A stretch of DNA of 64,000 nt from Thermoplasmatales archaeon (lineage in GTDB: Archaea > Thermoplasmatota > Thermoplasmata > Thermoplasmatales > Thermoplasmataceae). Position numbers and translations under genes: made by a program. Shown here one piece after another: positions 38,836-49,341 of the stretch. Positions within the stretch are counted from its first letter, which is position 1. Every line of letters starts with the position of its first letter. A model generated the notes under the pieces. It did not search any database. It worked only from the letters and a program-made list of their open reading frames with translations, and was not told the DNA's origin. The stretch spans positions 32,001 through 96,000 of the forward strand of contig DAIDBH010000017.1 in NCBI GenBank assembly GCA_027310185.1. The letters run 5' to 3'.

Positions 38836-39741
38836 TTAGTTGAAAACCGGTTCCTTCTCCCTTACGAATGTCCCATTTCTAAGGTCCCTCATAGCTTCGT
38901 TCAATTGCTCCCGTGTATTCATGACTACCGGGCCATACCATTCTATATGCTCATTGGTAGGATTCCCTGCAATAAACATTATGTCGCTTTCCTTTTCCCT
39001 GCCCTTAATTTCTATGAACTCACCGGCCCTTGAAAATATGAAGGCTTTCCTTTCAGTCATCTCTGTTTCACCGTTTATTCTTACATTTCCGGAAAAGTTG
39101 AACATTATGGCTCTCTTGCCTTCCAATTCGCTCAATTCTATGGTGTCTCCTTCCTTTATCCTAATATGATAATAGTCAAGACCAAGGTCATATGCAGATT
39201 TGTATGGTCCAGCGGCATCTCCAAAATCTCCAGCGAATACTCTCACAACTGAACCTGCATCAGTTTTGTACTCTGGGATATCCAATGCTTTGTAATAGGC
39301 ATATTCCGGAGTCTTCATCTTTCTTTCTGCAGGGGTATTAACCCATAATTGTAATCCGAGAACTGTCGTGTCTAATTTTTTATCATCGCTGCCTCTCATG
39401 CTTAAGAATGTTGGCATCTCCTGATGGAAGATGCCACTTCCAGCACTCATGTCCTGTACATCACCAGGAAAAATAGTTCCCTTGTTTCCATTGCTATCTT
39501 CATGATCAGTTTTTCCCTTGATCTGGTATGTTATTGTTTCGATGCCTCTGTGAGGATGCCATGGAAATCCCTTCTCATACTCTGATGGTTCTGATGATCC
39601 GAAATAATCGAGCAGAAGAAAAGGATCGGTATATTCAAATGTAGAAGGACCACCAAAAACTCTCAGAAGCCTTACGCCTGCCCCATCTATTGTGTAGTGA
39701 CCACTCATTTCAGCTTCTATTGATTTACTTTTGATACCCAT
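38836..39741 (-). CDS. Pirin family protein
   Basis: DPFLLLD, HPHRGIETITY, M.AGSGI.H.EMP, LQLWVN, YGPVVMN. Confidence 0.95.
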   Translation of the reverse strand: MGIKSKSIEAEMSGHYTIDGAGVRLLRVFGGPSTFEYTDPFLLLDYFGSSEPSEYEKGFPWHPHRGIETITYQIKGKTDHEDSNGNKGTIFPGDVQDMSAGSGIFHQEMPTFLSMRGSDDKKLDTTVLGLQLWVNTPAERKMKTPEYAYYKALDIPEYKTDAGSVVRVFAGDFGDAAGPYKSAYDLGLDYYHIRIKEGDTIELSELEGKRAIMFNFSGNVRINGETEMTERKAFIFSRAGEFIEIKGREKESDIMFIAGNPTNEHIEWYGPVVMNTREQLNEAMRDLRNGTFVREKEPVFN

Positions 39742-39818
39742 ATATATGAAATTGAAGAAGTCGAATAAACATTTTCATTTTGTTTTACTTATGTTACCTG
39801 ATTTACCTTTATTGACAA

Positions 39819-40490
39819 TTATCTCGCATTCTTCCTGAATAACGTTTCCATGATCTTCTTTTCAGCGTTCCTTATGTGATACAGGGTTGTTACCTTTGAT
39901 GCACCGTTTCCGATTGAAATCTCTTCTAGACCATTTTTTCTTGGCCATTCATAATATCCAGAATTGATCGCAACCTTCAGAGTCTCAATTTCCCTGTCAG
40001 TCAGGCCGTATAGAGATGGTGATGCATTATGCAGGAGATTTCCAGAGATTATATCTGAAACAGATACCTTATCAATTATCTGCCTCTCCACAAGATTTTC
40101 TCTTCCTACCTTATCCACTATATTTTCAAGATCAGACCTGAATCTGGATACGAGCCTGAAATTCTCTATCCCATTCCTGGCAATAATGGGAAAAAGCATG
40201 AAGACGTCCTGGTTCATCACTGCCTTAAGCATTCCATGTCCTATTTTATATGAATCCACAAACATGTTACCCTTGAATATTGTTGTTTCATAACTCCTGA
40301 AATCACCCTTTAATATGGATAATACCTGATCACTTTCTCTTCTGGCCGCTGTCAGGATAACGTGATTGAGGTTTCCCTTTATGATTCTTGCATTCTGGAT
40401 CAGTATTGAGTCTGGACTGTATTCACTTGCAGTAGCTATACTGCATTTCCCTCCAACCCCAAGTTCCAAGTAATACAATTCATAATGCAT
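39819..40490 (-). CDS. Bat-type HTH-10 transcriptional regulator
   Basis: C-terminal LTDRE...L..A...GYYEWPRK...HIRNAEKKI; start moved to ATG 40490. Confidence 0.85.
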   Translation of the reverse strand: MHYELYYLELGVGGKCSIATASEYSPDSILIQNARIIKGNLNHVILTAARRESDQVLSILKGDFRSYETTIFKGNMFVDSYKIGHGMLKAVMNQDVFMLFPIIARNGIENFRLVSRFRSDLENIVDKVGRENLVERQIIDKVSVSDIISGNLLHNASPSLYGLTDREIETLKVAINSGYYEWPRKNGLEEISIGNGASKVTTLYHIRNAEKKIMETLFRKNAR

Positions 40491-40544
40491 GAACTGAATA
40501 AACTTAAATCTTTTGAAGGTGTACATTGGATATTAATAGTAGGA

Positions 40545-41783
40545 ATGCATTTTTTGGCTGTGAGAACCTCAAAAACTGCTGCAGAGAAAATATTTTCGGA
40601 AAAGTCAGGTACAGATGCAAGTACCGGAGATTATGTCTGGGCAGTTCCAGATCTGGTTTACATGCACGATGTTCTGGGTCCCTCCTCAGTTCAGGCACTC
40701 AGGAATATTTCTGGTGGCAAGACAAATTATAAGGGAAAGGTAGTTGTTGTGAATGATCATATATTCCCTCCTAAGGATATTGAAAGTGCCCATAACATAA
40801 GAATGATGAATGAAAATGCAGAAATTGAAAAGTGGGAAATTATCCCATTTGGAGATGGTATAGAACATACATTACTGATCGAAAATGGAACAATAAAACC
40901 AGGAATGCTTGTGGTGGGAACTGATTCCCATACCGTTACTGCTGGTGCGGCTGGTGCTATGGGAGTGGGTCTTGGTTCTACCGATATTGGATCACTGCTG
41001 GCAATGGGAAAACAGTGGTTCAGGGTGCCTAAAACCATCCTGTTCAATATAGAAGGGAGCAGGGGAAGGTACATTACTGGAAAAGACCTTATTTTAATGA
41101 TTCTGAAAGACATCGGAGTGAATGGTGCCAATTATGCTGCCATGGAATTTCACCTTCATAAAAATTCGTCGTTTAACATGGATGATGATCTATCAATTGC
41201 AAATATGACAGTTGAGGCAGGGGCAAAGACATGCATCATAAAGAATTCCGGGCTACCGGAAAGCAATGAATTTCCAGAAAGCGATAAAGAGGCTGATTAC
41301 ATTGAAAAGAATTATGATATTTCTGAATTGGAACCTCAGATTTCTATGCCATATTCACCAGGAAATGTAACAGTTGCAAGCGAGCTAGAAGGTACAGAAG
41401 TGAATCAGGTATACATCGGGAACTGCTCCAATGGAACGATAAGTGACCTTAGAGAGGCTGCTTCAGTGCTGAGGGGAAAACACGTAAAAAAAGGCGTGAA
41501 GATGATAATTATCCCGGCTACAAGGAAGATATTCCAACAGGCAATTAGAGAGGGTTTAATTGATATATTCATAGAATCTGGTGCAACAGTCGGGCCGTCT
41601 ACATGTGGAGCATGCGCTGGCCTGCATATGGGAGTACTGGCGGAAAATGAAGTGTGCATAACAAACATAAACAGGAATTTCATGGGAAGAATGGGACATC
41701 CGTCCAGCAAGGTATATCTTGCAAACTCATATGTTGCAGCTGAGAGTGCAGTGGAAGGTTTTATACATGTGCCAGGTGAATAG
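40545..41783 (+). CDS. leuC: Isopropylmalate/homoaconitate/maleate-type hydratase, large subunit
   Basis: T.AEKI, HD, DH, DSHT, GKDL, NM..E.GAK, IGNCSNG, CGACAG, NRNF.GRMG. Confidence 0.88.
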   Translation: MHFLAVRTSKTAAEKIFSEKSGTDASTGDYVWAVPDLVYMHDVLGPSSVQALRNISGGKTNYKGKVVVVNDHIFPPKDIESAHNIRMMNENAEIEKWEIIPFGDGIEHTLLIENGTIKPGMLVVGTDSHTVTAGAAGAMGVGLGSTDIGSLLAMGKQWFRVPKTILFNIEGSRGRYITGKDLILMILKDIGVNGANYAAMEFHLHKNSSFNMDDDLSIANMTVEAGAKTCIIKNSGLPESNEFPESDKEADYIEKNYDISELEPQISMPYSPGNVTVASELEGTEVNQVYIGNCSNGTISDLREAASVLRGKHVKKGVKMIIIPATRKIFQQAIREGLIDIFIESGATVGPSTCGACAGLHMGVLAENEVCITNINRNFMGRMGHPSSKVYLANSYVAAESAVEGFIHVPGE

Positions 41784-42255
41784 ATTGGTATCTGTTTTTC
41801 TGTTGGGAGACAACATTGATACTGACAATATTGCACCTGGTGGTTATCTGCACCTGCCCATTGAGAAGCAGGTTGAGCACTGCCTTGAATCAGTGATAAA
41901 TAACTTCTCTGGTAAAGTTACAGGGGGAGATATAATAATTGCTGGTGAAAATTTCGGTACTGGATCCTCAAGGGAGCAGGCACCGGTTCTGTTAAGGACT
42001 ATTGGAATCAGGGCAGTGTTTGCAAGAAGTTTTTCAAGATTGTTCTTCAGGAACTCTATCAATGTTGGATTGTATCCAGGAATATATAACGGCCATGTTC
42101 CATTTTCAAATATGGAAAATGTAGAGATTGATTTTGAGCATTGCAAGATAGAAAGCAAAAATGGAATTATTCTATTCGAGCCGCCTACAGGAATTCTGAA
42201 GGAGATACTTGACTCTGGAGGAATGGTTAATTACGCGAGAAAAATGATAGAATGA
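41767..42255 (+). CDS. leuD: Isopropylmalate-type hydratase, small subunit
   Basis: GDNIDTD.I.P, GENFG.GSSREQA, SFSRLFFRN..N.G; start approximate. Confidence 0.88.
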   Translation: MCQVNRLVSVFLLGDNIDTDNIAPGGYLHLPIEKQVEHCLESVINNFSGKVTGGDIIIAGENFGTGSSREQAPVLLRTIGIRAVFARSFSRLFFRNSINVGLYPGIYNGHVPFSNMENVEIDFEHCKIESKNGIILFEPPTGILKEILDSGGMVNYARKMIE

Positions 42256-42324
42256 AGGGCTGGCAGGTTTTGAAGTTATGCCTGCATTTAAGAATGGAAC
42301 GAAATAATTAAGATTATACTTTTA

Positions 42325-43443
42325 TCACTTTCCTGAAATTCTCACAATTTCTTCGGTAGTAAATCCAAGACTTGAAAGCACGTCCTCTGTATCCTCACCC
42401 AGTTCGGGCACATGTTCTTCTTTCTTTGTAGAAACTGGTGTGGCCGGTAGAAAAATATTCCTCCCCTTGAAGCTGACATTATTCATTCCGTTTAATGCAT
42501 CCTCATCATTAAGAAGATCCCAGGGCTTCCTCAGGAAAGAATAAACTATCTGATGTCTGTCCAGTAAGTTGGAGAGTTGGCCAGATTCATATTTCGAGAT
42601 TATCCCTGCAAGATAGGGTATCAGCGTTTCCCTGTTTTCGTATCTGTTCCTATTGGTAGCATATTTATTAGAAAAATCTTCTCCAATGCCAAACACATTG
42701 CAAAATTTCTTCCACTGCTCATCGGTGGTAACAGCGATGAATATTTTCCTTTTATCCGAGGTCAGGAAGAAATCATAAATTCCCCATGCAAACCCTGCTT
42801 CATTGATTGGCAATAATTCCTTCTGATTGATCTGGTATGTTGATATATGCTGACCTATCATGAACATGGCATTTGAAAACAGTGAGGAGTCTATGCTCTT
42901 ACCCTTTCCTGTTCTTTCTCTTTCAAGAATAGCGTCGTATATTCCTATCACTGCCATTGATGCTGAAAACATATCCACCAGTGAGGCCCCAACTCTCATT
43001 GGCCTTTCCTTCAGGCCATTCATGTAGGCTATTCCAGAATCTATCTCTATGGGGTAGTCTAGTGACCTTCTTCCCTCTTTTTTTCCCTTCCCATATCCCC
43101 TGATTGAGACATATATCAATCCAGGATTCGTAATCTTAAGGGTTTCATAATCAAGATTCAATCCCTTGAGAAAATCACTGCTGAAATTATCGATTACTAT
43201 GTCTGCACTGTTTATCAGTCTCTTCAGGGATTCCTTTCCATCCGGAACCTTTGTGTTTATGACAACGCTTTTCTTGTTCCTGTTATAGTAAGCAAATGAA
43301 CCTGCACTCTCCCCTGTAAGATTTCTTGCAATGTCTCCAACACCTGGTCGTTCCACCTTAATCACTTCAAAACCCATTTCAGACAGTATTAACCCGGCAG
43401 TTGGGCCAGCCACTATGTGTCCAAGTTCTACTACTCTGTACAT
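42325..43443 (-). CDS. Family III CoA-transferase (CaiB/BaiF)
   Basis: VAGP, EVIKVE, GD..R, NRNKKS, NPGLIY.SI.GYG, P.LGEDT. Confidence 0.92.
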   Translation of the reverse strand: MYRVVELGHIVAGPTAGLILSEMGFEVIKVERPGVGDIARNLTGESAGSFAYYNRNKKSVVINTKVPDGKESLKRLINSADIVIDNFSSDFLKGLNLDYETLKITNPGLIYVSIRGYGKGKKEGRRSLDYPIEIDSGIAYMNGLKERPMRVGASLVDMFSASMAVIGIYDAILERERTGKGKSIDSSLFSNAMFMIGQHISTYQINQKELLPINEAGFAWGIYDFFLTSDKRKIFIAVTTDEQWKKFCNVFGIGEDFSNKYATNRNRYENRETLIPYLAGIISKYESGQLSNLLDRHQIVYSFLRKPWDLLNDEDALNGMNNVSFKGRNIFLPATPVSTKKEEHVPELGEDTEDVLSSLGFTTEEIVRISGK

Positions 43444-44474
43444 AGCTCATCAGCCTCCTTTATGATCTCATCCACTCCTATTACCCTCCCCTCACTGGCC
43501 GATATATCTTTTACCTTCTTCATTAGCGTGGATAGTTCTTCCCTGTTCAGATTTATATTCCTCCCTTCTAGAATCTTTTTTAGCATTGATTTTCCAGTAT
43601 AAACATTAACAGAAAAGTCCTCACCTTCAAACACGTCTGAAAAGGCCGCGTGTGTTCCAGCAGTGTGTATATATGTATTCTTTCCAACGTTTGGAAGATT
43701 CTTCCTGAAAAAGGATTCTCCTGCCTTCTTCAAAACAATTTCCAGAAACTCCTTTGTCAAGTTATCAATCCGGTCTATCTGCAATTCGCTGTCCATGCCA
43801 GTTTCCTTCAGGTATCTTGCAATGATTCCTGTGTCCGTGATTCCATTCCTCTCACCAAGACCCAAAAAAGTGGTATCTATTATATCAGCACCTGCCTCGA
43901 TACCGGCTATGGCATTGCTCACAGATAATCCATGATCGTTGTGGCAGTGAATTTCTATCTTTGCTTCCGAGACCTTTCTTGATTCTCCCACAACATCCCT
44001 GATCATTCCGGGGGTTGCCCTTCCCATGGTATCAGGGAGCTGGATTGTGTCAACGCCTAGTCCAGATAGAGCTTTTACAATTTTCACCAGCTGCTCCGTC
44101 CTGTACTGCGTTATATCTACAATACCAATTTCAACCTTCTTTCCAAGAGAAACTGCATATTTCACATTGCTGTATATTTCATCAAGAGAATCATACTTGA
44201 AAGGGAAATGGAGAGAAATGTTTGCTCCTGTTGAATCTATAAGATCAATATCTCCCCTTATGGCCCTTCCCAATCCAAAAACTTCGTGAAAGTATCCGCT
44301 CCTTGTTACTTCAGATGCAATTATAGTCTCGGATTCGTGAGCCGAAGGATAGGAGATCAATATTCTCTTTATCCCACATTCCGATATTTTTTTTGCAAGA
44401 TTCAATTTTTCTTCCACGCTGAAACTTATCCCCGGAGCCTGCATACCCTCCCTTAATGAATCATCAGAAATCAT
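43431..44474 (-). CDS. DRE-TIM metallolyase (LeuA/homocitrate synthase/HMG-CoA lyase superfamily) without regulatory domain
   Basis: DDSLREGMQ.PG, LPDTMG, HCHNDHG, GLGERNG. Confidence 0.85.
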   Translation of the reverse strand: MISDDSLREGMQAPGISFSVEEKLNLAKKISECGIKRILISYPSAHESETIIASEVTRSGYFHEVFGLGRAIRGDIDLIDSTGANISLHFPFKYDSLDEIYSNVKYAVSLGKKVEIGIVDITQYRTEQLVKIVKALSGLGVDTIQLPDTMGRATPGMIRDVVGESRKVSEAKIEIHCHNDHGLSVSNAIAGIEAGADIIDTTFLGLGERNGITDTGIIARYLKETGMDSELQIDRIDNLTKEFLEIVLKKAGESFFRKNLPNVGKNTYIHTAGTHAAFSDVFEGEDFSVNVYTGKSMLKKILEGRNINLNREELSTLMKKVKDISASEGRVIGVDEIIKEADELCTE

Positions 44475-44569
44475 GATTTAATATTCAGGATATTTACTTA
44501 AATTGATACCCTAACACGTTAGAATATATTGAGAAGTAATGAAAAAATAAGAATAAATTTTAAAAATTT

Positions 44570-45937
44570 TTATTTTGCTATGGCTTCAATAAACTTGTTT
44601 GTGCTCTTCGGTCCAAGTAATATTAGTACTACTGAACAGATTATAACGAGTATCCATACAAATGTGAAAATTCCATCTGCGTTATGACCTCCTATGAAGA
44701 AGGCTATGAACAGCACAAGTATTGTGGTTGAGATCCTGCTTATGGAATAAACAAATCCAGAAGCAGTGGTTCTCACCCTTGTTGGGAAAATTTCAGCATT
44801 GTACTGGTGCATGAAGTTCGAGAAGTTCCACAGCATAAATGCAGTGAGGAAACCGAATATTACGGCTTCATCTATTCCGTGAATCACCGCGAAGAATGTA
44901 CCGAAAACGCCTCCCAAAACTGCGAAGAGTATGATTCCCCATTTCCTCTCAATCTTATCGATAATGAATATATTGAATACACTTCCGATAAGAAATCCTG
45001 AGAAAATTACTGCTGCAGCACCTAAAGGATCACTCGTTGGGTATGACACACTTACCAGTCCTGGTGCAAAGACTACAAACCCATAGAATATACCGGACTG
45101 GAAGAACATGAAAATAGCCATCATTATAGTCTGATTTCTCACATCTGGAGCAAAGATTTCCGTGTATTTCGAAACATGTATGGGAGCTTCAATTGTGTCT
45201 GTGACTGGAGGGAGTGCTGTCATTTTTGTTTCCCTCAATACTTCTGCCTCGATTACATCCATTTCTTTCTTTGCTTCATCCATCTTGCCATGAGTGGAAA
45301 GCCATCTTGGTGATTCTTTCAGTCTGAATCTTATTAACCAGACAACTATACCTGATGCTCCCATGAACCATAGTGGAATTCTGAATGAATAATAACCAAG
45401 CCCCGCAGTCAACGCTGTTATGTATATTATAAGCGGTGCTGATGTGACTGCTATGGTATAGATAAGGGCCAGCCAAGCTCCTCTCCTCTTCCTGACAAAG
45501 ATCTCTGTTCCATAACTGTCCACGAGTGGAAATTCTCCACCTACACCTATTCCGCCGATCAACACAAAGACTGCAACGAGTTGCCATGAGTCCATGAAAC
45601 CAGCGATTATCATACCAAGACCGAAAATCAACTGGTTATATAGGAACACAGCCTTTCTTCCTCTGGTATCTGCCAGTCTACCAAAAAATATAGACCCCAA
45701 GAACTCTCCCACAAAGAAGAAAGCGGGTAGAGCATAAGTTGCAAGAACTGAGGTACTTGATATTGCAAAATATGTTGCAACCAATCCAAGTATTGCTCCG
45801 TTTCCAAGCAGCATTAAACTCTCTGCCCACTCTCCACTTGTCAGCATTAGAGCAAATTTCACGTGAAATCTGCTATATGGCAGTCTTTCCAATCTTCCGG
45901 CAATATTATTCTCCGGATTCGAGTCATTTTCTACCAT
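44570..45937 (-). CDS. MFS transporter
   Basis: RLERLP, GRLADTRGRK, GGE, ESPRWL, EIFPTRVR; multiple TMs. Confidence 0.92.
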   Translation of the reverse strand: MVENDSNPENNIAGRLERLPYSRFHVKFALMLTSGEWAESLMLLGNGAILGLVATYFAISSTSVLATYALPAFFFVGEFLGSIFFGRLADTRGRKAVFLYNQLIFGLGMIIAGFMDSWQLVAVFVLIGGIGVGGEFPLVDSYGTEIFVRKRRGAWLALIYTIAVTSAPLIIYITALTAGLGYYSFRIPLWFMGASGIVVWLIRFRLKESPRWLSTHGKMDEAKKEMDVIEAEVLRETKMTALPPVTDTIEAPIHVSKYTEIFAPDVRNQTIMMAIFMFFQSGIFYGFVVFAPGLVSVSYPTSDPLGAAAVIFSGFLIGSVFNIFIIDKIERKWGIILFAVLGGVFGTFFAVIHGIDEAVIFGFLTAFMLWNFSNFMHQYNAEIFPTRVRTTASGFVYSISRISTTILVLFIAFFIGGHNADGIFTFVWILVIICSVVLILLGPKSTNKFIEAIAK

Positions 45938-46237
45938 GGTGGAATAAAACTTCAATTCTATATATATTGAGATTATAACAGGTTAGGGGTAATATTTCTA
46001 GTAATTCTCAAATTAGCTTTAAATATTGTTCAAATTTTATTTTATGTATATTTATTGCATAATTCTGTTGGTACAATGATACATACAAATTAACCAAGAG
46101 TTGAAGGTTCAATGTATTCGAATCATTTAATTCGGTTGGTTTGTAAATTCAGTCTGATTGAACCAAATACTTTTGAATTGATAAATTTATAAGCCATTTT
46201 AGTATTTCCCATAATCTTAGAAAGGAGGATTAATTAA

Positions 46238-46627
46238 ATGGCTGGAGGAAATTCGTTGGCAATCATTGCTGACAGAAAGACTGGAAAAACATACAAGAAA
46301 GAGATTAAACCTGAAAACCTTAGTCTGCTTAATGGAAGGAGAGTTGGAGAAGAGATTGATGGAATATTTTTTGAAATGCCAGGTTACAAGTTGAAGATAA
46401 CTGGTGGTTCATCAATAGATGGGTTCCCTATGAAGCCCGATCTTTTCATACAGGGTAAAAAGAGAATACTTGTCACATATAATAAAGGAAACAGGGGAAA
46501 AAGTGGACTGAGAGAGAGAGTTACATTCAGGGGCGCTATTGTTGGACCTGACATTTCCCAGTTGAATTTTATTGTTACCCAATATGGACCAGATCCACTG
46601 GAGAAGCCTGAGGAAACTAAAGAATGA
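46238..46627 (+). CDS. rps6e: 30S ribosomal protein S6e
   Basis: KITGGS..GFPM, G.R.R...RG; GGAGG SD. Confidence 0.93.
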   Translation: MAGGNSLAIIADRKTGKTYKKEIKPENLSLLNGRRVGEEIDGIFFEMPGYKLKITGGSSIDGFPMKPDLFIQGKKRILVTYNKGNRGKSGLRERVTFRGAIVGPDISQLNFIVTQYGPDPLEKPEETKE

Positions 46628-47850
46628 GCAATCAGTTGCCACAGCCTGTGGTAAATATAGGAATGGTAGGTCACGTCGATCATGGTAAGAGTACCCTAAC
46701 CAAGGCGCTCACCGGGAAGAAGACAGACATACATTCTGAGGAAATAAAGAGAGGAATATCCATAAAATTGGGATATGCAGACACTCCAGTCTATGTCTGT
46801 GAAAATGGAGAAAAGGTTTATTCGAATAAGCCAATGAATGAAAATTGCAAGCTTGAAAGGGTCATTTCATTTGTAGATGCTCCTGGTCACGAGACCCTGA
46901 TGGCGACAATGCTCTCTGGTTCGTCTATTATGGATGGCGCACTTCTTGTAGTAGCAGCCAATGAAAAATGTCCCCAGCCACAAACAAGGGAACATCTTAC
47001 TGCGTTGGAAATAATGGGAATAAAAAATATAATAATTATCCAGAACAAGATTGACCTGGTTACAAGAGAAAGAGCACTGGAGAACTACAGGGAGATTAAA
47101 AGTTTTGTCAGGGGTAGCATTGCAGAAAATGCACCCATAATACCTGTAAGTGCCTATCACAACAAGAATATAGACAAGGTTTTTGAGGCTATTGAGGAAT
47201 ATATTCCAACACCAAAGAAGAGCAAAGAACTGGACCCACTTATGTATGTTGCCAGATCCTTTGATATAAACAAACCTGGACTTGCACCTTCAGAACTGAA
47301 GGGAGGCGTCCTTGGTGGGTCCCTTGTTCAGGGGACACTGAAGATAGGCGATGAAATTGAAATTGCGCCTGGAATACAGCAAACAAAGGGAAACAAGAAT
47401 GTCTGGGAGAATATTTTTTCAGAAGTTTCATCACTCATGGCAGGTTCAAGCTCATACAACGAAATTATACCTGGCGGACTCTCGGCAGTTGGTACATATC
47501 TTGATCCATTTTTGACCAAAAATGATTCCCTGACTGGAAGGATTCTAGGAAAGGCAGGAAAGGTTCCAGCAGTTGCAACTTTCATAGTTGCAGATTCACA
47601 TCTCCTCAACAGAGTGGTTGGTTTCGACGAGGAAATGAAAGTTGAACCAATTAAAACGAGGGAAAGCGTCATGCTTACCTTTGGTACATCAAACACCATA
47701 GGAATGATTTCCAATGCAAGGGAAGATGAGATAGAAATAATGCTCAGATATCCGGTTGCTGTCCAGCAAGGTGAGAGGATATCCATAGGAAGAAGAATAG
47801 CAAACAGGTGGAGACTGATCGGTTACGGCTCAGTCAAGTCTTTTTCATAA
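46624..47850 (+). CDS. eif2g: Translation initiation factor 2 gamma subunit
   Basis: GHVDHGKST, RGISIKLGYA, DAPGHE, QPQTREH, NKID, WRLIGYG. Confidence 0.97.
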   Translation: MSNQLPQPVVNIGMVGHVDHGKSTLTKALTGKKTDIHSEEIKRGISIKLGYADTPVYVCENGEKVYSNKPMNENCKLERVISFVDAPGHETLMATMLSGSSIMDGALLVVAANEKCPQPQTREHLTALEIMGIKNIIIIQNKIDLVTRERALENYREIKSFVRGSIAENAPIIPVSAYHNKNIDKVFEAIEEYIPTPKKSKELDPLMYVARSFDINKPGLAPSELKGGVLGGSLVQGTLKIGDEIEIAPGIQQTKGNKNVWENIFSEVSSLMAGSSSYNEIIPGGLSAVGTYLDPFLTKNDSLTGRILGKAGKVPAVATFIVADSHLLNRVVGFDEEMKVEPIKTRESVMLTFGTSNTIGMISNAREDEIEIMLRYPVAVQQGERISIGRRIANRWRLIGYGSVKSFS

Positions 47851-48473
47851 TTGCACATCTGCCTGATGAAACATGACTGGCATCTGGGTTTTGCCCTGCA
47901 TATATCCTTGCTGATTTCAACAATTTCTCCATGAAAATTTCTTAAATCATCAATGCCAAGACTTTCTTCTATTTCCCTGCCAAGACGGTAAGCTTCCTTC
48001 ATGCCCGGTCTGATTATACCAATTCTCGAAAATAATCTCTCAGTGTATTTATCCACGACAAATACTTTCCTGTTGAAGGCATATAGCATTATATCCTGCA
48101 TTGTCTCAGTTCCGATTCCGTTCAGGCTCAACAGGAACTCTTTTAGGTCATTATCACTGAGCTTATCCAGCTCCTCTATGCCTCCAAACATCTCTATCGC
48201 GCTGCAGACATCTTTCAGATACCTTGATTTCTGGTTGAAGAAACCTGCAGGTCTGATGTGCTCCCTGATCTCTTCAACATTAAGATTAGAAAGTGCCTTG
48301 ATGCTATCCAGTTCATTTTTTGCAAGACTCCCAAGCGCCAGTCTTACATTGTTCCACGTTGTATTCTGTGTAAGAATTGCACCTATTATTATCTGGTCAC
48401 GTGTTTCGGCTGGCCACCATCCAAGGTCACCATATTTTTCCTTCAGAATTTCATGTAGTTCTGAGTAGTCCAT
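47823..48473 (-). CDS. Endonuclease III-like HhH-GPD glycosylase
   Basis: GWWP, AILTQNT, GIGTET, VVDKY, C-x6-C-x2-C-x5-C. Confidence 0.88.
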   Translation of the reverse strand: MDYSELHEILKEKYGDLGWWPAETRDQIIIGAILTQNTTWNNVRLALGSLAKNELDSIKALSNLNVEEIREHIRPAGFFNQKSRYLKDVCSAIEMFGGIEELDKLSDNDLKEFLLSLNGIGTETMQDIMLYAFNRKVFVVDKYTERLFSRIGIIRPGMKEAYRLGREIEESLGIDDLRNFHGEIVEISKDICRAKPRCQSCFIRQMCNYEKDLTEP

Positions 48474-48758
48474 CCATACATGATATATTCATTATAGGTA
48501 AGATTGACTTTTAAAATCATAGATGACCACATATTGATCAAAATATTACATAATTTACGGATTGTTAGCAATTTTCCTTCATTAATATGGAGAATAAACA
48601 GTAAAAATCAATAAAATATGTATTTGTCTTATTTGGTAAGACGAATTATTATTTTTATTAAAATAATACTATATCCCCAATAGGGCAGATTTACTATGTT
48701 TACTAAAAAAGGAATAAAAATATTTTAATACTAGTATGTGTATTAAGTATTGGTAAAA

Positions 48759-49031
48759 ATGGTAGGCATAAGCGAATTGTCGAAGGAGGTTTCTAAAAAA
48801 ACCGGACAGACACAGAAAGTTGCCAGAGAGGTCATTAAGGTCTTTCTGGACGAAGTTGTAGCTGAGGCAAACAGGAAGCAGAAAATAAACCTGGCTGGCT
48901 TTGGAATTTTCGAAAGAAAGACACAGAAGCCAAGGACTGCTAAGAACCCGCAGACAAGAAAGGAAATAAAAGTCCCTCAGAAGGAAAAGTTTGTTTTCAG
49001 GCCTTCAAGCAAAATAAAATACAAGAACTGA
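48759..49031 (+). CDS. HU-family chromatin protein (HTa-like)
   Basis: MVGISELSKEV, GFGIF, R.AKNPQT, FRPS. Confidence 0.92.
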   Translation: MVGISELSKEVSKKTGQTQKVAREVIKVFLDEVVAEANRKQKINLAGFGIFERKTQKPRTAKNPQTRKEIKVPQKEKFVFRPSSKIKYKN

Positions 49032-49050
49032 TTACAAATTTTTTTTATTT

Positions 49051-49341
49051 TTAGAGTTTAGAAAATCTTTTTTTCCTTTCTTTGGAATCGAATCCTGTCA
49101 GTTCAAGTAGTAAATTGTTGAATATTTTTATGGAATTCATTGGTTCTTTATAGGCTTCATCTGTTTCCGTTGAAATGAACAGGTTTTTCTTGCCGCACTC
49201 AACGTCCACTTTCTTTAGCCCCGGTAGAGTAAATGTGATAATGTCGCCATCAACTTTTGCGTCTTTTGCAAATTTTCCAATTCTCTCAAGTACCGTATTC
49301 ACATCAGTTTTGTATCCTTTTTTAACTGGGTATTCCCTCAT
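49051..49341 (-). CDS. Conserved archaeal hypothetical protein (DUF5611-like)
   Basis: MREYPVKKG...FN..L..LTG..SKERKK; overlaps upstream stop. Confidence 0.65.
   Translation of the reverse strand: MREYPVKKGYKTDVNTVLERIGKFAKDAKVDGDIITFTLPGLKKVDVECGKKNLFISTETDEAYKEPMNSIKIFNNLLLELTGFDSKERKKRFSKL

Noticed and set aside
48759-49031. Bacterial-type HU in an archaeon as a novelty
   Set aside because: Already well described in Thermoplasmatales (HTa).
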